From Selaginella moellendorffii (lineage: Eukaryota; Plantae; Lycopodiophyta), in contig NW_003314311.1 in NCBI RefSeq assembly GCF_000143415.4, forward strand, positions 1 through 64,000: 64,000 nucleotides of DNA, given 5' to 3'. A program made the position numbers and the translations under genes. Shown here piece after piece: positions 1 through 13,600 of this stretch (positions are counted from its first letter, which is position 1; each line of letters opens with the position of its first letter). The notes beneath the pieces are model-generated. The model saw only the letters and a program-made list of their open reading frames with translations, had not been told where the DNA came from and did no database searches.

Positions 1-1662
1 ATGCACTTACTCTTACAGCGCTTACATATAAAATTCCGACTGGAGTTGAGTCCCATGGAAACAAACCTTGTGTGAAGCTGCAGACTTGGTTTTGAAAGTC
101 CAAAGCTCGAAAAAGTGCTGTAAACAATGGATAAAGTTATAGTACCTCACTCCAAACCTTTCACCAGATTTTGCTACCTAAAATCATGCTAACGTGGTTT
201 TGAAATACATGCCCAGAGATAATTACGTCCCAAAGTTTCACGTCTCTGAATGTCTAGCTCAGGGACAAGAAGACAGTCCTCAAGGACTTGTCGTATTCCT
301 TCATTCTAATGAGATTCAGTGAGTCATTCATAGGCTACACATCTTAGTTTATTACTTAACAGGAATATGGTATTAGAAGCTGGCCATTTTTCAAACCTGT
401 AAAGTGAAAAGTCAGTTCACTTGGCAATAGGCGACATGAAGTTGGTTAATTATAGTCTTGGAAAATTGCTATTTCAATGTCATTCTGATGCTGTTGAGGG
501 GACAATTCTTTTCAAAGACCTAGATCTTATGAGAAAGACAAGTGCTACATTGATTAAACTGTGATTATCTGGAAGCCCACATTGCGACAGTGAAATTTCA
601 ATCACTACCGAGAGTACCTCATGACTTTATTTCATGTATCTGGCATTTAGAGGTAGGTGATCTATATGAGATATATGTTTGTCTTGCGCATCCTTTTCAA
701 AGAGAATAACAAGAAAAGCTCCATTATAACTATATTCGTGTTCTTCATTTGGTAAAGCCTTCTGCTCATCCTATTATCACAACTTTGCTCACTCTCATCT
801 GAAGAAAACACTACATTTGATGGAACACATCAAGGCACTTGCCATAGAAACTATTAGGGGTGTTTTTTTTTTAAAAAAAAAAAAAAGAAATAGAAAAATA
901 CTTTTAAAAAGTATCTGGGTTTTCATATAGTAATAGAAAATATTAGACCTGTTTGATACACATTTTTCAAGATTTCTAAGTAGTTTCTTTATATAAAGAC
1001 ATAAAAAAATACAATTTTTCTTTTTTAAAAATGGCTATTTTAAAAATAACGAAAAGTGAAGGACTTCAAGATCAATATAAATAGTCAATGAATGAAACTT
1101 CAAAACAGTCTGATTTTGAATCACTTTTCTCCAAACAAAGAAAACAAGTATGCACCTCCAGACTGAATTTTTTTGTCATTACAACATATGTCTTATTGTC
1201 CCATATGTATTGCTGTACAAAACAAAAGGATGTTAAAACACCATCTTTGAATGGAGAACGCTGTGAGGACTACCAGTGCTGCGAAACAACATCTTGAGGA
1301 CAGGTTTAGCTGTTAAATTGTTTTTAACGTTACATATGAAAAACGTTGTTCCTATTTATACAGCTCAAGCAAGCTGGGGAAGATTTGCGAAGCACAAAGA
1401 TTCTCTCTGTTGCTTTTGTTTATCATTCCACTCATTGATTTCTACAGGAACACATGGTTAGAGGAAGCTTCTTCTGAGATCGAAGCTGCTGTTTGGACAA
1501 GGTTTAACTCGAGTTATTTTCATGCATGCTAAGTGGCTCCAATGTGGAAGTGTAGGCACAGGCCTGTGAACTTAAATCCATTCATTTAATCCAGCTCCAA
1601 AATGTCCTATCTATCCCAGCGGAGATCATCATCACTTTTTCACCTTTTAAAATGGTGTAAAG

Positions 1663-1666
<4 letters not shown>

Positions 1667-1738
<72 letters not shown>
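1667..1738. repeat. (TA)n microsatellite
   Basis: Uninterrupted TA run of about 70 bp. Confidence 0.97.
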
Positions 1739-1743
<5 letters not shown>

Positions 1744-1866
1744 ATTAACCTACCCATCCATTTCTGTATATAAGTAAATTAGTATACTTATTCCTAATTA
1801 TATCAAAGTAATGTTTCTTTATTTTCTGATAGAACCAAAAAAACTTCCTTTTTACTATATAACTAT

Positions 1867-2041
1867 TGTGAGGGTCAAATGTACAGCTACGATGCCGTAT
1901 ACTAATATTAGCGTAGTGGGATTTTGGTAGCCGTCGGATTGGTTTCAATCTGGACCACTCGCTCCTATATATAAGCTAGGGTTTTTGGGCTAATTGATAT
2001 GCATATTTCTGTATTCCTGTTCCATATTCCATGCACTCACA
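1867..2041 (+). repeat. 5' LTR of outer gypsy element (175 bp)
   Basis: TGTGAGGG...CACTCACA. About 90% similar by eye to 14594-14760, mostly transitions plus an 8-bp indel. Confidence 0.95.
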
Positions 2042-2042
2042 T

Positions 2043-2058
2043 TGGTGGAGATGAGGGG
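2043..2058 (+). promoter_or_regulatory. Primer binding site, tRNA-Ala type
   Basis: TGGTGGAGATGAGGGG, 1 nt after the LTR. Matches the complement of a plant tRNA-Ala 3' end (recalled as TGGTGGAGATGCGGGG) with one mismatch. Confidence 0.75.
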
Positions 2059-2277
2059 CACCTTTGATTTGTCCTTGGGGAGTGCTTGGATTTGGGATTT
2101 CGGTTTAGATCTAGCTTTTGCATCGTCTAGATTTAGTTTTTTCCATTTCCTTTCTTTTGTTCTTTCCTTTCAGGATTTTGGTTTAGATCTAGCTTTTTGC
2201 ATTGTCTAGATCTACCATTTCTTTCCAGCTTTTTTGTTATTTCTCTTCTTTTGCTTTTTCTTTTTTCGTTCATCTTC

Positions 2278-2728
2278 ATGGCCAATCCACAATCTCCTCC
2301 TTTGACTCTAGAGTAGCAGTTGGTTCAATTGCTTGATGCTATGCGCTTGCAATTGAACAACCAAACTCAATTGATGGTGGCATTCATAGCACGTGGTCCA
2401 ACTCCTCCTGCTCTTGGTGCCAATCCTCACGTTCGGCCAAAGTTCTTTCATGGGAATCCTAGGGATGATGTGTACCATTCGTTCGATCACTTCACGGTGA
2501 TTGCCACATATCATTCTTGGGATGATGCTCGACGTTTGTGTGAGTTTCCCACGTGTCTCCAAGGGACAGCGTTGCAATGGTACAATGGATTGAGTGCGGC
2601 CACTCGTGGGGATTGGAGTGTTCTTCCGGACATCTTCAAACACGCCTTCGGACATGCCGACGATTGTGACGATGCCTTCCAACAATTGCATCGTCTTCGC
2701 TAAGGGCCATCTGAGTCGGTGATGCAAT
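2278..2728 (+). pseudogene. gag: gag N-terminal part of outer element (in-frame stops, split by nested insertion)
   Basis: PKFFHGNPRDDV...LQGTALQWY retrotransposon gag motif. TAG near 2314 and TAA at 2701. The gag continues after 10623. Confidence 0.85.
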
Positions 2729-3812
2729 TGTAAGCGACTAAATTTTCCATTCTACTTTAGTCACTTAACCACACCTCTGACCACTTGGAGGAGTCTCATT
2801 CACAACCTCCATAAGTCCAATCCAGGACTTGGGACTTGCTAACCCCGAGAATGGCATCCATGCCACTCAACATTTGCACTTGGTCCAAGTGCTCCACGTG
2901 TCCGATCCCATGACCGACACTCAAAGGTACCACCGACATAGCAGCCCGTTACGCTAAGGCTATGCCCAATCACCTTTGCCACACTGGTAGTCCAATACCA
3001 CTTGCATCACCGTCTTGGCTCTCCAAGACTAGGCAAACTATCCGTGAGTGGTCATCTCAGATCCACTCCTTAGCATCCTTAGGATGCCCACCGACAAGGG
3101 GAATAGCCTTCCCCAATATCCCTCTATCAGTCCCCACTAAGTCCCTTTCTGCCCCTGGCCGTGTTTGCCAACACTGCCACTGGATCGAGACCCACAGGCC
3201 CGACCACTAAGTCCCACGGTCCTCTGGGACTTCCTCACCACACGACTGTGTCCTTGGTCACTACCCCAGAGGACTGCTCCTCTTCCTTTCCACAGTCTGG
3301 GCCTTTGGGACAACATCTCGGAACACCGTGGCTTTACGCGAGCCACCTGGGTACTCTCCTCGCCTTCTGCCCTTGGGTGCTCTAGCCATGGGCTTAGAGT
3401 GGGTTCTGTTGAGCCACACCAGGTATCCAAGTAGGTAGTGCCACTCACACTTGGACTGGGAGCATCGGCCAGTCGATCTCCCGGGGGAACTAGAGCCGGC
3501 TCTTGAACACTTCACCAAGCTACCCCGCTTGTCGGTCTGTGTTCACTCTAGTCTTGGACTTCCCAGTGGGCAGCTCATCACCCAACACTGGGTCCGGCCT
3601 TCCTGGGCCAAACTGGCCTTTCCTGGCCAAACTGGCTCCACTGCAGTCCTCCCCCTACTATACTTTTGGAGCTCACCAAACCCCCCAGGGTCTGGGAGAC
3701 GAACGCTTTGGGCTTTCACCCTCTCAGGCTCCGGATTCGGACTCGGACTCGGATTCGGACTCGGACTTGGGCTCGGGCTCGGTCTCGGCCTCGGCCTCGG
3801 TCTCGGTCCTGA

Positions 3813-3850
<38 letters not shown>

Positions 3851-4593
3851 CCGGTCTTGGTCTCGACTTCGGACTCCATCTCGGACTCCATCTCGGACTC
3901 CATCTCGGACTCCATCTCGGACTCCATCTCGGGTCCATCTCGGGTCCATCTCGGACTCCATCTCGGACTCCATCTCGGACTCCATCTCGGGTCCATCTCG
4001 GACTCCATTTCGGGTCTATCTCGGGTCCACCTCGGACTCCATCTCGGACTCCATCTCGGACTCCATCTCGGGTCCATCTCGGACTCCACTTCGGACTCCA
4101 ACTCGGGTCCATCTCGGGTCCACCTCGGACTCCACTTCGGACTCCAACTCGGGTCCATCTCGGGTCCACCTCGGACTCCACTTCGGACTCCAACTCGGGT
4201 CCATCTCGGGTCCACCTCGGACTCCACTTCGGACTCCATCTCGGGTCCATCTCGGACTCCACTTCGGACTCCAACTCGGGTCCATCTCGGACTCCACTTC
4301 GGACTCCAACTCGGGTCCATCTCGGACTCCACTTCGGACTCCAACTCGAGTCCATCTCGGACACTCCCACGTGTCATGTGTTGGTCCTTTTGGGTCCCTT
4401 TTTGGAGCCTCGCCTTTTGCTCGCTTCGTGCTCGTTCCTCGAGCACTTCGTTGGGAGTTCCACTCCCGCTCTTGACTTTTCAAGTCGGAGCTTTTGGTCC
4501 AAACGTGTTACGCTCGTTTGGCTCTCGCTTCGGCCACTACCATGTGGCGCCCTTCCGGCTCCACTTTGGGGCCTAGGGATTTTGTGTCTCACA
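2729..4593 (-). repeat. 3' LTR of nested element (1865 bp)
   Basis: Direct repeat of 8687-10618. The ORF track gives identical translations over the non-satellite part. Confidence 0.95.
3732..4362. repeat. Minisatellite in LTR: 6-bp (GGACTC/GGTCTC) and 12-bp (CTCGGACTCCAT) units
   Basis: Directly visible tandem array. It accounts for the low-complexity ORFs in several frames. Confidence 0.95.
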
Positions 4594-7500
4594 ACTCCAC
4601 CACCCATAGACGAAGTTTGATGTCCTCATCGAACGGTGAACCATTTTATAAAGTAACACCCGCATGTGTTACCATTTCCATCCTTGGCGCGTAGCCAATA
4701 TTTGTCAATGGTGTGACATTGAAGGCTCACCATGCCTTCTCCATATTCGTCAATGGTTGGACATTGAAGGCTCACCATGCCTTTTGCATATCCTCTAAGG
4801 AGGGTAGTCTCTCCAACTTAGAGACTGATTGGACCACATGTAGTGGTTCTCTCCTTTTATTGGTTTAGTTCTCGCTAAACCTCTTAGAGACCCTTCTCTA
4901 AGTCAATCCCACTAGTCCTTCTCGAGTAGTCTCAATTTCCATCGATATAACCTTTGCACTTTGGAACTTTGAATTTTGACTTTTTGGAGTCAATTTCCTA
5001 GGTGTCTCCGACACCTTGCCTTGCACCTTTTGTGCAACTCCACTTCCCATCCTAGGAAGTTCTCTACTCGAGGGCACCATCATCCTCTCTTCTATTTCGT
5101 GCCAAAGTTCCAGTTATCATACTTTGTGCTAGGGCTGTTCATGGCCCTATCATTTGGCTACCTTACCGCTCCCTCCCTTGGAGCTTCCACTTTCGCCAAA
5201 TCGGAGCATTTCGGAATCCCTCCTTGGAAACACACTTCCTTTCCCGCAACTTGTTAGCGTCCAACACATTAGTGTTCCTCGCCTAACTTTGTCACTTGGA
5301 TTCCTTCCAAGGGATTCCACGGCCCTATCTTGGCCACTCATCTTTTGCTCCTATCCGTTGATTGTTGCACCAAGCACCATCGAATCTCTACCTCCCTCCT
5401 TGAGGTATTGTTTCGGTTCCATAGCAAAGACTCTTCTTTGCCAAGTCCGGAGGATGTTCACCCCTAGTACGTCTCTTTAGCATCTTCTGCTATGGGCTCT
5501 ATCCACGGCCCAACTTCGTGACCCTCCCATGGTCTTTTATAGAGACTACTTTCTTCGGACTCACTATGCCATCGCACGGACATAGTTTATTTCCCTTAGG
5601 TGCTCTTCCCACTTGGTCATCACGACCAAGCCACACCACCTTAAACAGTTCAATTTCAACATTTTGAACCAGGAACTTCATTCCTTAGCCAACCAAGGAC
5701 CTTGTCCTTATCTGGCCATAAGATCACCTAGTGATCTCACCTTGGCACCTTAACAGAGTTGCCAAGAGGTACTTGGTCTTCTAGACCTCCAAGTTGTTGA
5801 CTATAACCCCGGGGGCATCCCCCACACTTGGCGGTGCACCCAAGCTAGCCCTTACAGCCAAGGGTTCATAGCAACTGAGATTAGGTGTCCCCATCTCACT
5901 CACCACGACCTTGGTGCCACTTGCACCAAAGTGTTCAAGTTAGATATGCTGAGCTTTCACACTAAGCAATCTAACCGTGCATCACAACTCCGAGGCATCC
6001 CTCGCTTGGCGGTGTGCCCAAACCAGTCTCCCCATTGAGAGTCCATGACCACCGAAATATGAGTGTCCTCATATTCCAAACCATCACCACGCCCTAGTGA
6101 TTTGGGACTCGAACCCAAGCACTAGAGGGTCGGGACTCGAACCCAACCTCCGTATATGCATCTACGGACGGCATCACACAAGATGCCTGGCGTGACTCCC
6201 CACGCCGGTGCACCATCTTATTTTTAAAGCGCGCTACAGATCACAGCTTAGGAACCTAGTTCCTCCACACTGCCAAGTCCTCTCACTTGACATGTCTGTG
6301 ATCATGCATGGACTCCTCCATGCTCGGCCCCATGGCTCACCCTTTTTGAAGTTATCACCTTCAACTAGGGTATTTGTTCCCCCGACGTGCCAATCTCGCT
6401 TGGCAAGTCCTCCGACCACTGTAACATGGTTCCTGCATAAGCGTGAAAGTCCTTGACCATCGACTTTCGTTCAAAGCCCTCTCTTTGAACACTCGGGAAC
6501 TACTTCCCTAACCTTGATAGCCTTGCCTCATGGCAAGCTTCAAGACCACGCTTCTGCTGCGCCACTCTGATTTCGCGCGTTCCATGAACCATTTACACTT
6601 GGCCTTTCTAGGTACTAAGCTACCTAGAATCGTCTTTGGGAACCTTGAAGGAACTCTGTCCCTCAGCTTGCTAAGGCCTCCCTTTTGCAAGCCTTCCAAA
6701 TGCCACATAGTCTAACATGGACAATTCCATAACTTAGACTCTTCATGGCATCACGGTTGCTAGCGGCAACACCCTCGAGCCCCCACTTGATTCTCCACTC
6801 CCAACTGGCATAACCAACCTTGGTTATGCCCTTCGATTTCTATGGTTCAGTTCCATCCCAATACTACTTGCCTTTGGCTTCACACCTTTCCTTCGGTCAT
6901 TCTCCTCCAGATCAGGAGGATAGCTTTGCACTTTCTATCATGCCTTAGCAAGTATTCTTAGGGATGAACTTACCCAATAGCCCAGGGAGTGGTTCCTCAA
7001 TCCGGGTATGCTCACCTTATAATCCCACACACTGGGATTACATTGTTGCTTATGGGCCTTTACATGCCCAGCACTAGCCTTGCCAAAATTCCATTTTTGG
7101 CTTTGTCCAACTTGGGTAGACAGTCCTCTCCTGTCTCCGCAACCTTGGACATTTGGATAGCACCTTCTATCCATCATTCGCTAGGGATTTAGTCCCTTGA
7201 GCTTTATCCATTACCCTCGCGACAACAAACACCACCTTCTGGTGTTCTAGAGTGTTTGGGTGTCCCAATGATGGCTTTCTTGACAATGAGTATTTCCTTT
7301 TATGACATTGACTTACTATATCGCAACATAAGCAACTTATCCCCCGCAAGGGTATATCCGACTTCCCTATGCTAGAAGTCTTGGGTAGCTATCTTCTACC
7401 CATTTAACCAGTTATTTTGCACCTCTTGCTTAGTTGCCTCATAGTTGTCAAGTCTTACAACTCATTGCTTGGTGCTTTCACACCTCCATCATTATCTGGG

Positions 7501-8686
7501 TCACCGCACTCCAACTGCATGCTTTGCAGCTTAGGCTATGCCATTCCCATTTCCATTGGGATTCCTTTGGCAAGGGGTTCTCATGAACCCACCAACATAG
7601 CCTCAAGGTATCACACTTTGGCACATTTGGTGTCTCCACACCATCGGCTCCACGAGCCTACCTCTATGACACTTCTTCTTTGTGTCTAAGTCTTTGCCAA
7701 GACCAATGCCACTCTTTCTCATGCCAACCATCTGTTAGCACTACACCATAGAGGTCACACACAACTTTGTGTCAAAGTTGTTTTCTTTTTTGGGAACACC
7801 TTCCCCACGACTTTAGCATGGCACATTTTGCCATCGATGAGATACCCTCTGTTCTCATCCTTGGATCCTATGATCCCCCCCATCTTTCGTGGGGTACAAC
7901 ACACCTCAGTCCAAATGCTTCCATCAGTCCTTTTAGGACCATTCCTTGACTCTACTTGAGTCATCCAGCAGTTTTGGACTTGGTTAATCCACAGACCCTT
8001 AAGGTCCTACTTGTGAGGCACTAGCTCACTGGAATACACTTTTTGCATTCCTGTCCTACTCAAAAGGACTATTTTCACAAGTGTTACTCCGACACTTGAT
8101 TTTGTTCTCTGGGGGCAACTTTTGCCCCTTAGGACTACTTGTCCATGCGATGAGAATACCACTCATCTCTAAGTACACCCCCCAACTCCTTGGGTTGTTC
8201 CAGCATTTATTAAAGGTAGCCCCGGCTACCATTTCAAGGACTTGAGTCCTCTTCCGTATTTGACCTCCCACGGTCATTACCTCTGGTCTCACATTCATGA
8301 GCACCAACCTCAACTATATGAGGATAATCTTGTGACTCCTTTATTGTTTTGGAGTCTCTATCTTTCCCGTGATCCCAACTTTAGTTGTTTACCACAACAA
8401 CCTTAGCCAATTTGCTGAGACAAATGCTCATCCGGATCACATCCTCAACTCAATGAGGAAAACCTTGCACTGTTCCCAAGATCCCAAAGTCGTTCCATTA
8501 TTGGCCCTTTTCTATCCACCACCTCGTCTACAAGTTCACACATGAACTGTAATGGAGAGCCATGTCTTCCCGACTTGCTACTCCTCAAGGATAGGCCCAC
8601 TCCTCGGACCTTCCGATGCCAACACTAGTGGTGATATACTTGAGCACCAATAAAAGTCGGACTAAGGAACAGCTCCGATACCAAAT

Positions 8687-9788
8687 TGTAAGCGACTAAA
8701 TTTTCCATTCTACTTTAGTCACTTAACCACACCTCTGACCACTTGGAGGAGTCTCATTCACAACCTCCATAAGTCCAATCCAGGACTTGGGACTTGCTAA
8801 CCCCGAGAATGGCATCCATGCCACTCAACATTTGCACTTGGTCCAAGTGCTCCACGTGTCCGATCCCATGACCGACACTCAAAGGTACCACCGACATAGC
8901 AGCCCGTTACGCTAAGGCTATGCCCAATCACCTTTGCCACACTGGTAGTCCAATACCACTTGCATCACCGTCTTGGCTCTCCAAGACTAGGCAAACTATC
9001 CGTGAGTGGTCATCTCAGATCCACTCCTTAGCATCCTTAGGATGCCCACCGACAAGGGGAATAGCCTTCCCCAATATCCCTCTATCAGTCCCCACTAAGT
9101 CCCTTTCTGCCCCTGGCCGTGTTTGCCAACACTGCCACTGGATCGAGACCCACAGGCCCGACCACTAAGTCCCACGGTCCTCTGGGACTTCCTCACCACA
9201 CGACTGTGTCCTTGGTCACTACCCCAGAGGACTGCTCCTCTTCCTTTCCACAGTCTGGGCCTTTGGGACAACATCTCGGAACACCGTGGCTTTACGCGAG
9301 CCACCTGGGTACTCTCCTCGCCTTCTGCCCTTGGGTGCTCTAGCCATGGGCTTAGAGTGGGTTCTGTTGAGCCACACCAGGTATCCAAGTAGGTAGTGCC
9401 ACTCACACTTGGACTGGGAGCATCGGCCAGTCGATCTCCCGGGGGAACTAGAGCCGGCTCTTGAACACTTCACCAAGCTACCCCGCTTGTCGGTCTGTGT
9501 TCACTCTAGTCTTGGACTTCCCAGTGGGCAGCTCATCACCCAACACTGGGTCCGGCCTTCCTGGGCCAAACTGGCCTTTCCTGGCCAAACTGGCTCCACT
9601 GCAGTCCTCCCCCTACTATACTTTTGGAGCTCACCAAACCCCCCAGGGTCTGGGAGACGAACGCTTTGGGCTTTCACCCTCTCAGGCTCCGGATTCGGAC
9701 TCGGACTCGGACTCGGATTCGGACTCGGATTCGGACTCGGACTTGGGCTCGGGCTCGGTCTCGGCCTCGGCCTCGGTCTCGGTCCCGA

Positions 9789-9826
<38 letters not shown>

Positions 9827-10618
9827 CCGGTCTTGGTCTCGACTTCGGACTCCATCTCGGACTCCATCTCGGACTCCATCTCGGACTCCATCTCGGACTC
9901 CATCTCGGGTCCATCTCGGGTCCATCTCGGACTCCATCTCGGACTCCATCTCGGGTCCATCTCGGACTCCATCTCGGACTCCATTTCGGGTCTATCTCGG
10001 GTCCACCTCGGACTCCATCTCGGACTCCATCTCGGACTCCATCTCGGGTCCATCTCGGACTCCATTTTGGGTCCATCTCGGGTCCACCTCGGACTCCATC
10101 TCGGACTCCACTTCGGACTCCATCTCGGACTCCATCTCGGTCTACCTGGGAGTCCATCTCGGACTCCATCTCGGACTCCATCTCGGGTCCATCTCGGACT
10201 CCATCTCGGACTCCATCTCAGACTCCATCTCGGCGTCCATCTCGGACTCCACTTCGGACTCCATCTCGGGTCCACCTCGGACTCCACTTCGGACTCCAAC
10301 TCGGGTCCATCTCGGACTCCACTTCGGACTCCAACTCGGGTCCATCTCGGACTCCACTTCGGACTCCAACTCGAGTCCATCTCAGACACTCCCACGTGTC
10401 ATGTGTTGGTCCTTTTGGGTCCCTTTTTGGAGCCTCGCCTTTTGCTCGCTTCGTGCTCGTTCCTCGAGCACTTCGTTGGGAGTTCCACTCCCGCTCTTGA
10501 CTTTTCAAGTCGGAGCTTTTGGTCCAAACGTGTTACGCTCGTTTGGCTCTCGCTTCGGCCACTACCATGTGGCGCCCTTCCGGCTCCACTTTGGGGCCTA
10601 GGGATTTTGTGTCTCACA
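8687..10618 (-). repeat. 5' LTR of nested element (1932 bp)
   Basis: Adjacent to the tRNA-iMet-type PBS on the minus strand. Repeat of 2729-4593. Confidence 0.95.
9690..10387. repeat. Minisatellite in second LTR copy
   Basis: Same units as 3732-4362 but with a different order and count. Confidence 0.95.
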
Positions 10619-10623
10619 GCAAT

Positions 10624-13600
10624 TTGGCATTCGTTTCCGAAGTCTTTTGCTTCGTGCGGAGCCTAATATGTCGGAGCGGATCAAGCTAGGAATGTTGTGG
10701 CCAGCACTTCGTCAAGATCTTGTTGGCCTTGTGCATGCACTTGCTCCTGCCACCCTTGACGATGCTCTTCGCTTGGCACAACGTTATGAGACGTCGCCTC
10801 TTCCACTTCTCGCTGCACGTCCTTCAGCTCCACTTCCTATGAGTGATGGTCCTGTTCCAATGGAGGTTGATGCTGCTGCTACTCGAGTCCAAGGACAAGG
10901 GCGAGGACGTGGTCGTGGCCGTGATGTTCGTTGTTGTGATGAAGTTGGTCATACTTATCGGCGTTGTCAGCGCTTTCCGGATTGGTGACTTCCATTTCCT
11001 GGGTGGAGACCTTGGCGTCAGCAACGTCCCGTTGGTGCTGCTGCGGTGGAAGGTTTGGATACCGAGGTGCATTCGGGAAACGAGGAGTCGCGTGAGTAAT
11101 GGAGAGACCTTGTGCGAATAAGTTAGTGACCCCTCCATCTTTCTTTCAGGAGTATCATCAAGGGGTTCATTCGGCACCAGTTCATCCAATGTTTATTTTC
11201 CAAGCTCGTTTTTATAACAAGAGGTCTCCTATTCTTCTCTCCGTATTGGTTAATATAGGTTCAAGTTTATCTTCTATTGCTCGACCTGTTGCCACACGTT
11301 GTCGTCTACACTTGCGTCGTGCGGCGGATCCAGTTTTCATTCTTTATGGCAACGGCCGTACACATGCATGTGCACGAGATGAGGCGGACTTGGTTGTGCG
11401 TGTGGGCGATCTCGAGCTTGAGTTGCAGTCGTTGCGGGTGGTGCCGAGTCAAACTTTTGACCTCATTCTTGGTATGGATTGGTTGCAGCGCAATCATGCC
11501 AAGTGTGACTTTGAGGCTTCTTCCCCTTGTCTCATACTTCCTTATGTTTCATCCATCCCTCTCACTTCCGTACCTCTTCGTCCCTCTACTTCTACCTTTG
11601 CTTCCATTACTTTTGTTCCCCCACTATTTCCTCTTGTGTTTCCATCTTGTTCTGCTCTTCCCTTTTCCGATCCCTCCGATGATCTTTGTGTTGCAGTTGT
11701 TGACCAACTCATGAAGGAGTATTCTGATCTCTTTGAATTTGACTTATCGTCTGGGGCCAAGATTGCCACACGTCATCCCATTCCAACCAGGGATGCTCGT
11801 CCAATCAAGGTTCCTGTTCGTCGTCGGTCACCCAAGGAGATCAAGATTTTATGTGCAAACGTCAAGGAGATGTTGGAGAAGGGTGTTATTCGGAAGTCGC
11901 GGAGTCTTTAGGCATGTGAACCTCATCTTGTGATGAAGCCTGATGGGAGTATTCGTTTCTGCATCGACTATCGTCCGTTAAATGAAGTGATGATCCCGGA
12001 CGTGTACCCTCTTCCTCACACTGCTGATCTCTTGGATCGTCTGGGGCGAAGTCGTTGGTTCACCAAATTAGATCTTGCTTCTGGGTATTGGCAAGTACCG
12101 ATGGCTGAAGAAGATATTCCTAAGACTGCTTTTCGTACACCATTTGGTTTGTACGAGTTCTTGGTGATGCCGTTTGGTTTGAACAATGCTCCAACAATTT
12201 TTCAGCGGATGATGGACGAGGTTCTTTGCGATATGCCGGAGGTGACGGCTGACTTCATTGATGATGTCTTGATCCACTCAGAGGGGATGTGGGAGGAGCA
12301 CGTTCGTGATGTTTGTAAAGTGTTGGATCGGCTACGCGACGTTGATTTAAAGTTGAAGCGGTCAAAGTGCATGTTTGGGTCCAAGGACACAACTTATCTT
12401 GGGTACTGTATTTCTCGTGAGGGTTTGCAAGTTGATCCTGACAAACTTGTGGCTGTTCTAAAGTTCCCTACTTTGAAGTGTGTGAATGATGTGCAACGCT
12501 TTTTGGGTAAGGTGTAGTATCTCAGTCATTTTGTGGATCATCTTTCCGATCGCACTACACCATTGCAAGCGTTGCTGAAGTCATCAATGTCATCTTTCAT
12601 CTGGTCTCCGGATTGTGAACGAGCGTTCGTGAATCTCAAAGAGCTATTGACGACTCCTCCAGTTTTGGCATATCCTGACTACACTCGACCTTTTATTTTG
12701 CGCGTGGATGCTTCTGACATTGGTCTTAGAGGTGTGTTGATGCAAGAGAGCTCGAGTGTGCCTGGTCAGCGCCATCCCATTGCATACATAAGCCGTACAT
12801 TACAACTAGCAGAGATGAACTACTCCACGACGGAGAAGGAATGTTTAGCAGCAGTCTGGGTTTTCGAGAAACTTCATGCATATCTACATGGTTCTCGGAC
12901 GTTACTTGAAGGTGACCATGCTGCTGTTACTTCATTATTGAAGCGGAAGAACTTAGTTGGTCGTACGGCTCGATGGGCTTTGAAGCTTCAGATATATGAT
13001 TTTGATGTTGTTCATTGCCCAGGGAGTTCTATGGCTGATGCTGATGCCCTTTCTCGAGCTCCTCTTCCTTCTCCACTCACTTCTCATGTTTCTGATGAAC
13101 CTGTTGTTCTAGCATCTGTGGATTTTCTAGATGAGGATTCTGTGCCGTCAGCGGTTGCTGTCCTTGACGTTCAATGTCCAAGGGTGCAAAGCAAGATCTA
13201 CCTTCTCTTGATGAGGTTCGCGCGGCTCAAAAGATTGAGCCGTGGATTCGAAGGCTTCGAGATGGGTTTGAGAATCCTGCATCACTTGCTGATGACTTGC
13301 CTTTCTGGCATTTACATTCTCAATATCGCCTTGAAGATGGCCTTCTTTATTTTGTGGGGACGGATCCTGATGATCATTTACGGCTGGTGGTGCCTTTAGT
13401 GTTTATTCCACGGTTTCTCCATGCCTACCATGATTCTCCTATTCTAGGTGGGCATATGGGACACCGTCGTGTCACCGAGAAGTTGTGCAAGTCTTTCTAT
13501 TGGCTAGAGATGCAATGTGATATTATCCGGTATGTGCGTAGCTGCGTTTGGTGTCAAGCTCGTAATACTCCTCCTTGTGCTGCGGAAGGACGGTTGGAGT

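Larger units (their letters stand above)
2729..10618 (-). mobile_element. Nested non-autonomous (LARD-like) LTR element, 7.9 kb
   Basis: Near-identical LTRs at 2729-4593 and 8687-10618 (TGTAAG...TCACA). TSD GCAAT at 2724-2728 and 10619-10623. Minus-strand PBS TGGTATCGGAGC (8672-8683) and PPT-like GGGTGGTGGAG (4595-4605). No long internal ORF. Confidence 0.93.

Noticed and set aside
1-800. Possible decayed F-box/LRR-type coding remnant
   Set aside because: No ORF or motif clear enough to support a call.
3732-4362. CRISPR-like array
   Set aside because: No unique spacers, no cas genes, eukaryotic context. It is a VNTR inside an LTR.
3451-4620. Long low-complexity ORFs (GLHL, SDSI, WSPR repeats), also at 9409-10666
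   Set aside because: Artefact of stop-free 6/12-bp minisatellite units, open in several frames on both strands.
2729-10618. Assembly duplication of a 1.9-kb segment
   Set aside because: TSD, PBS, PPT and TG..CA ends show a genuine LTR pair.
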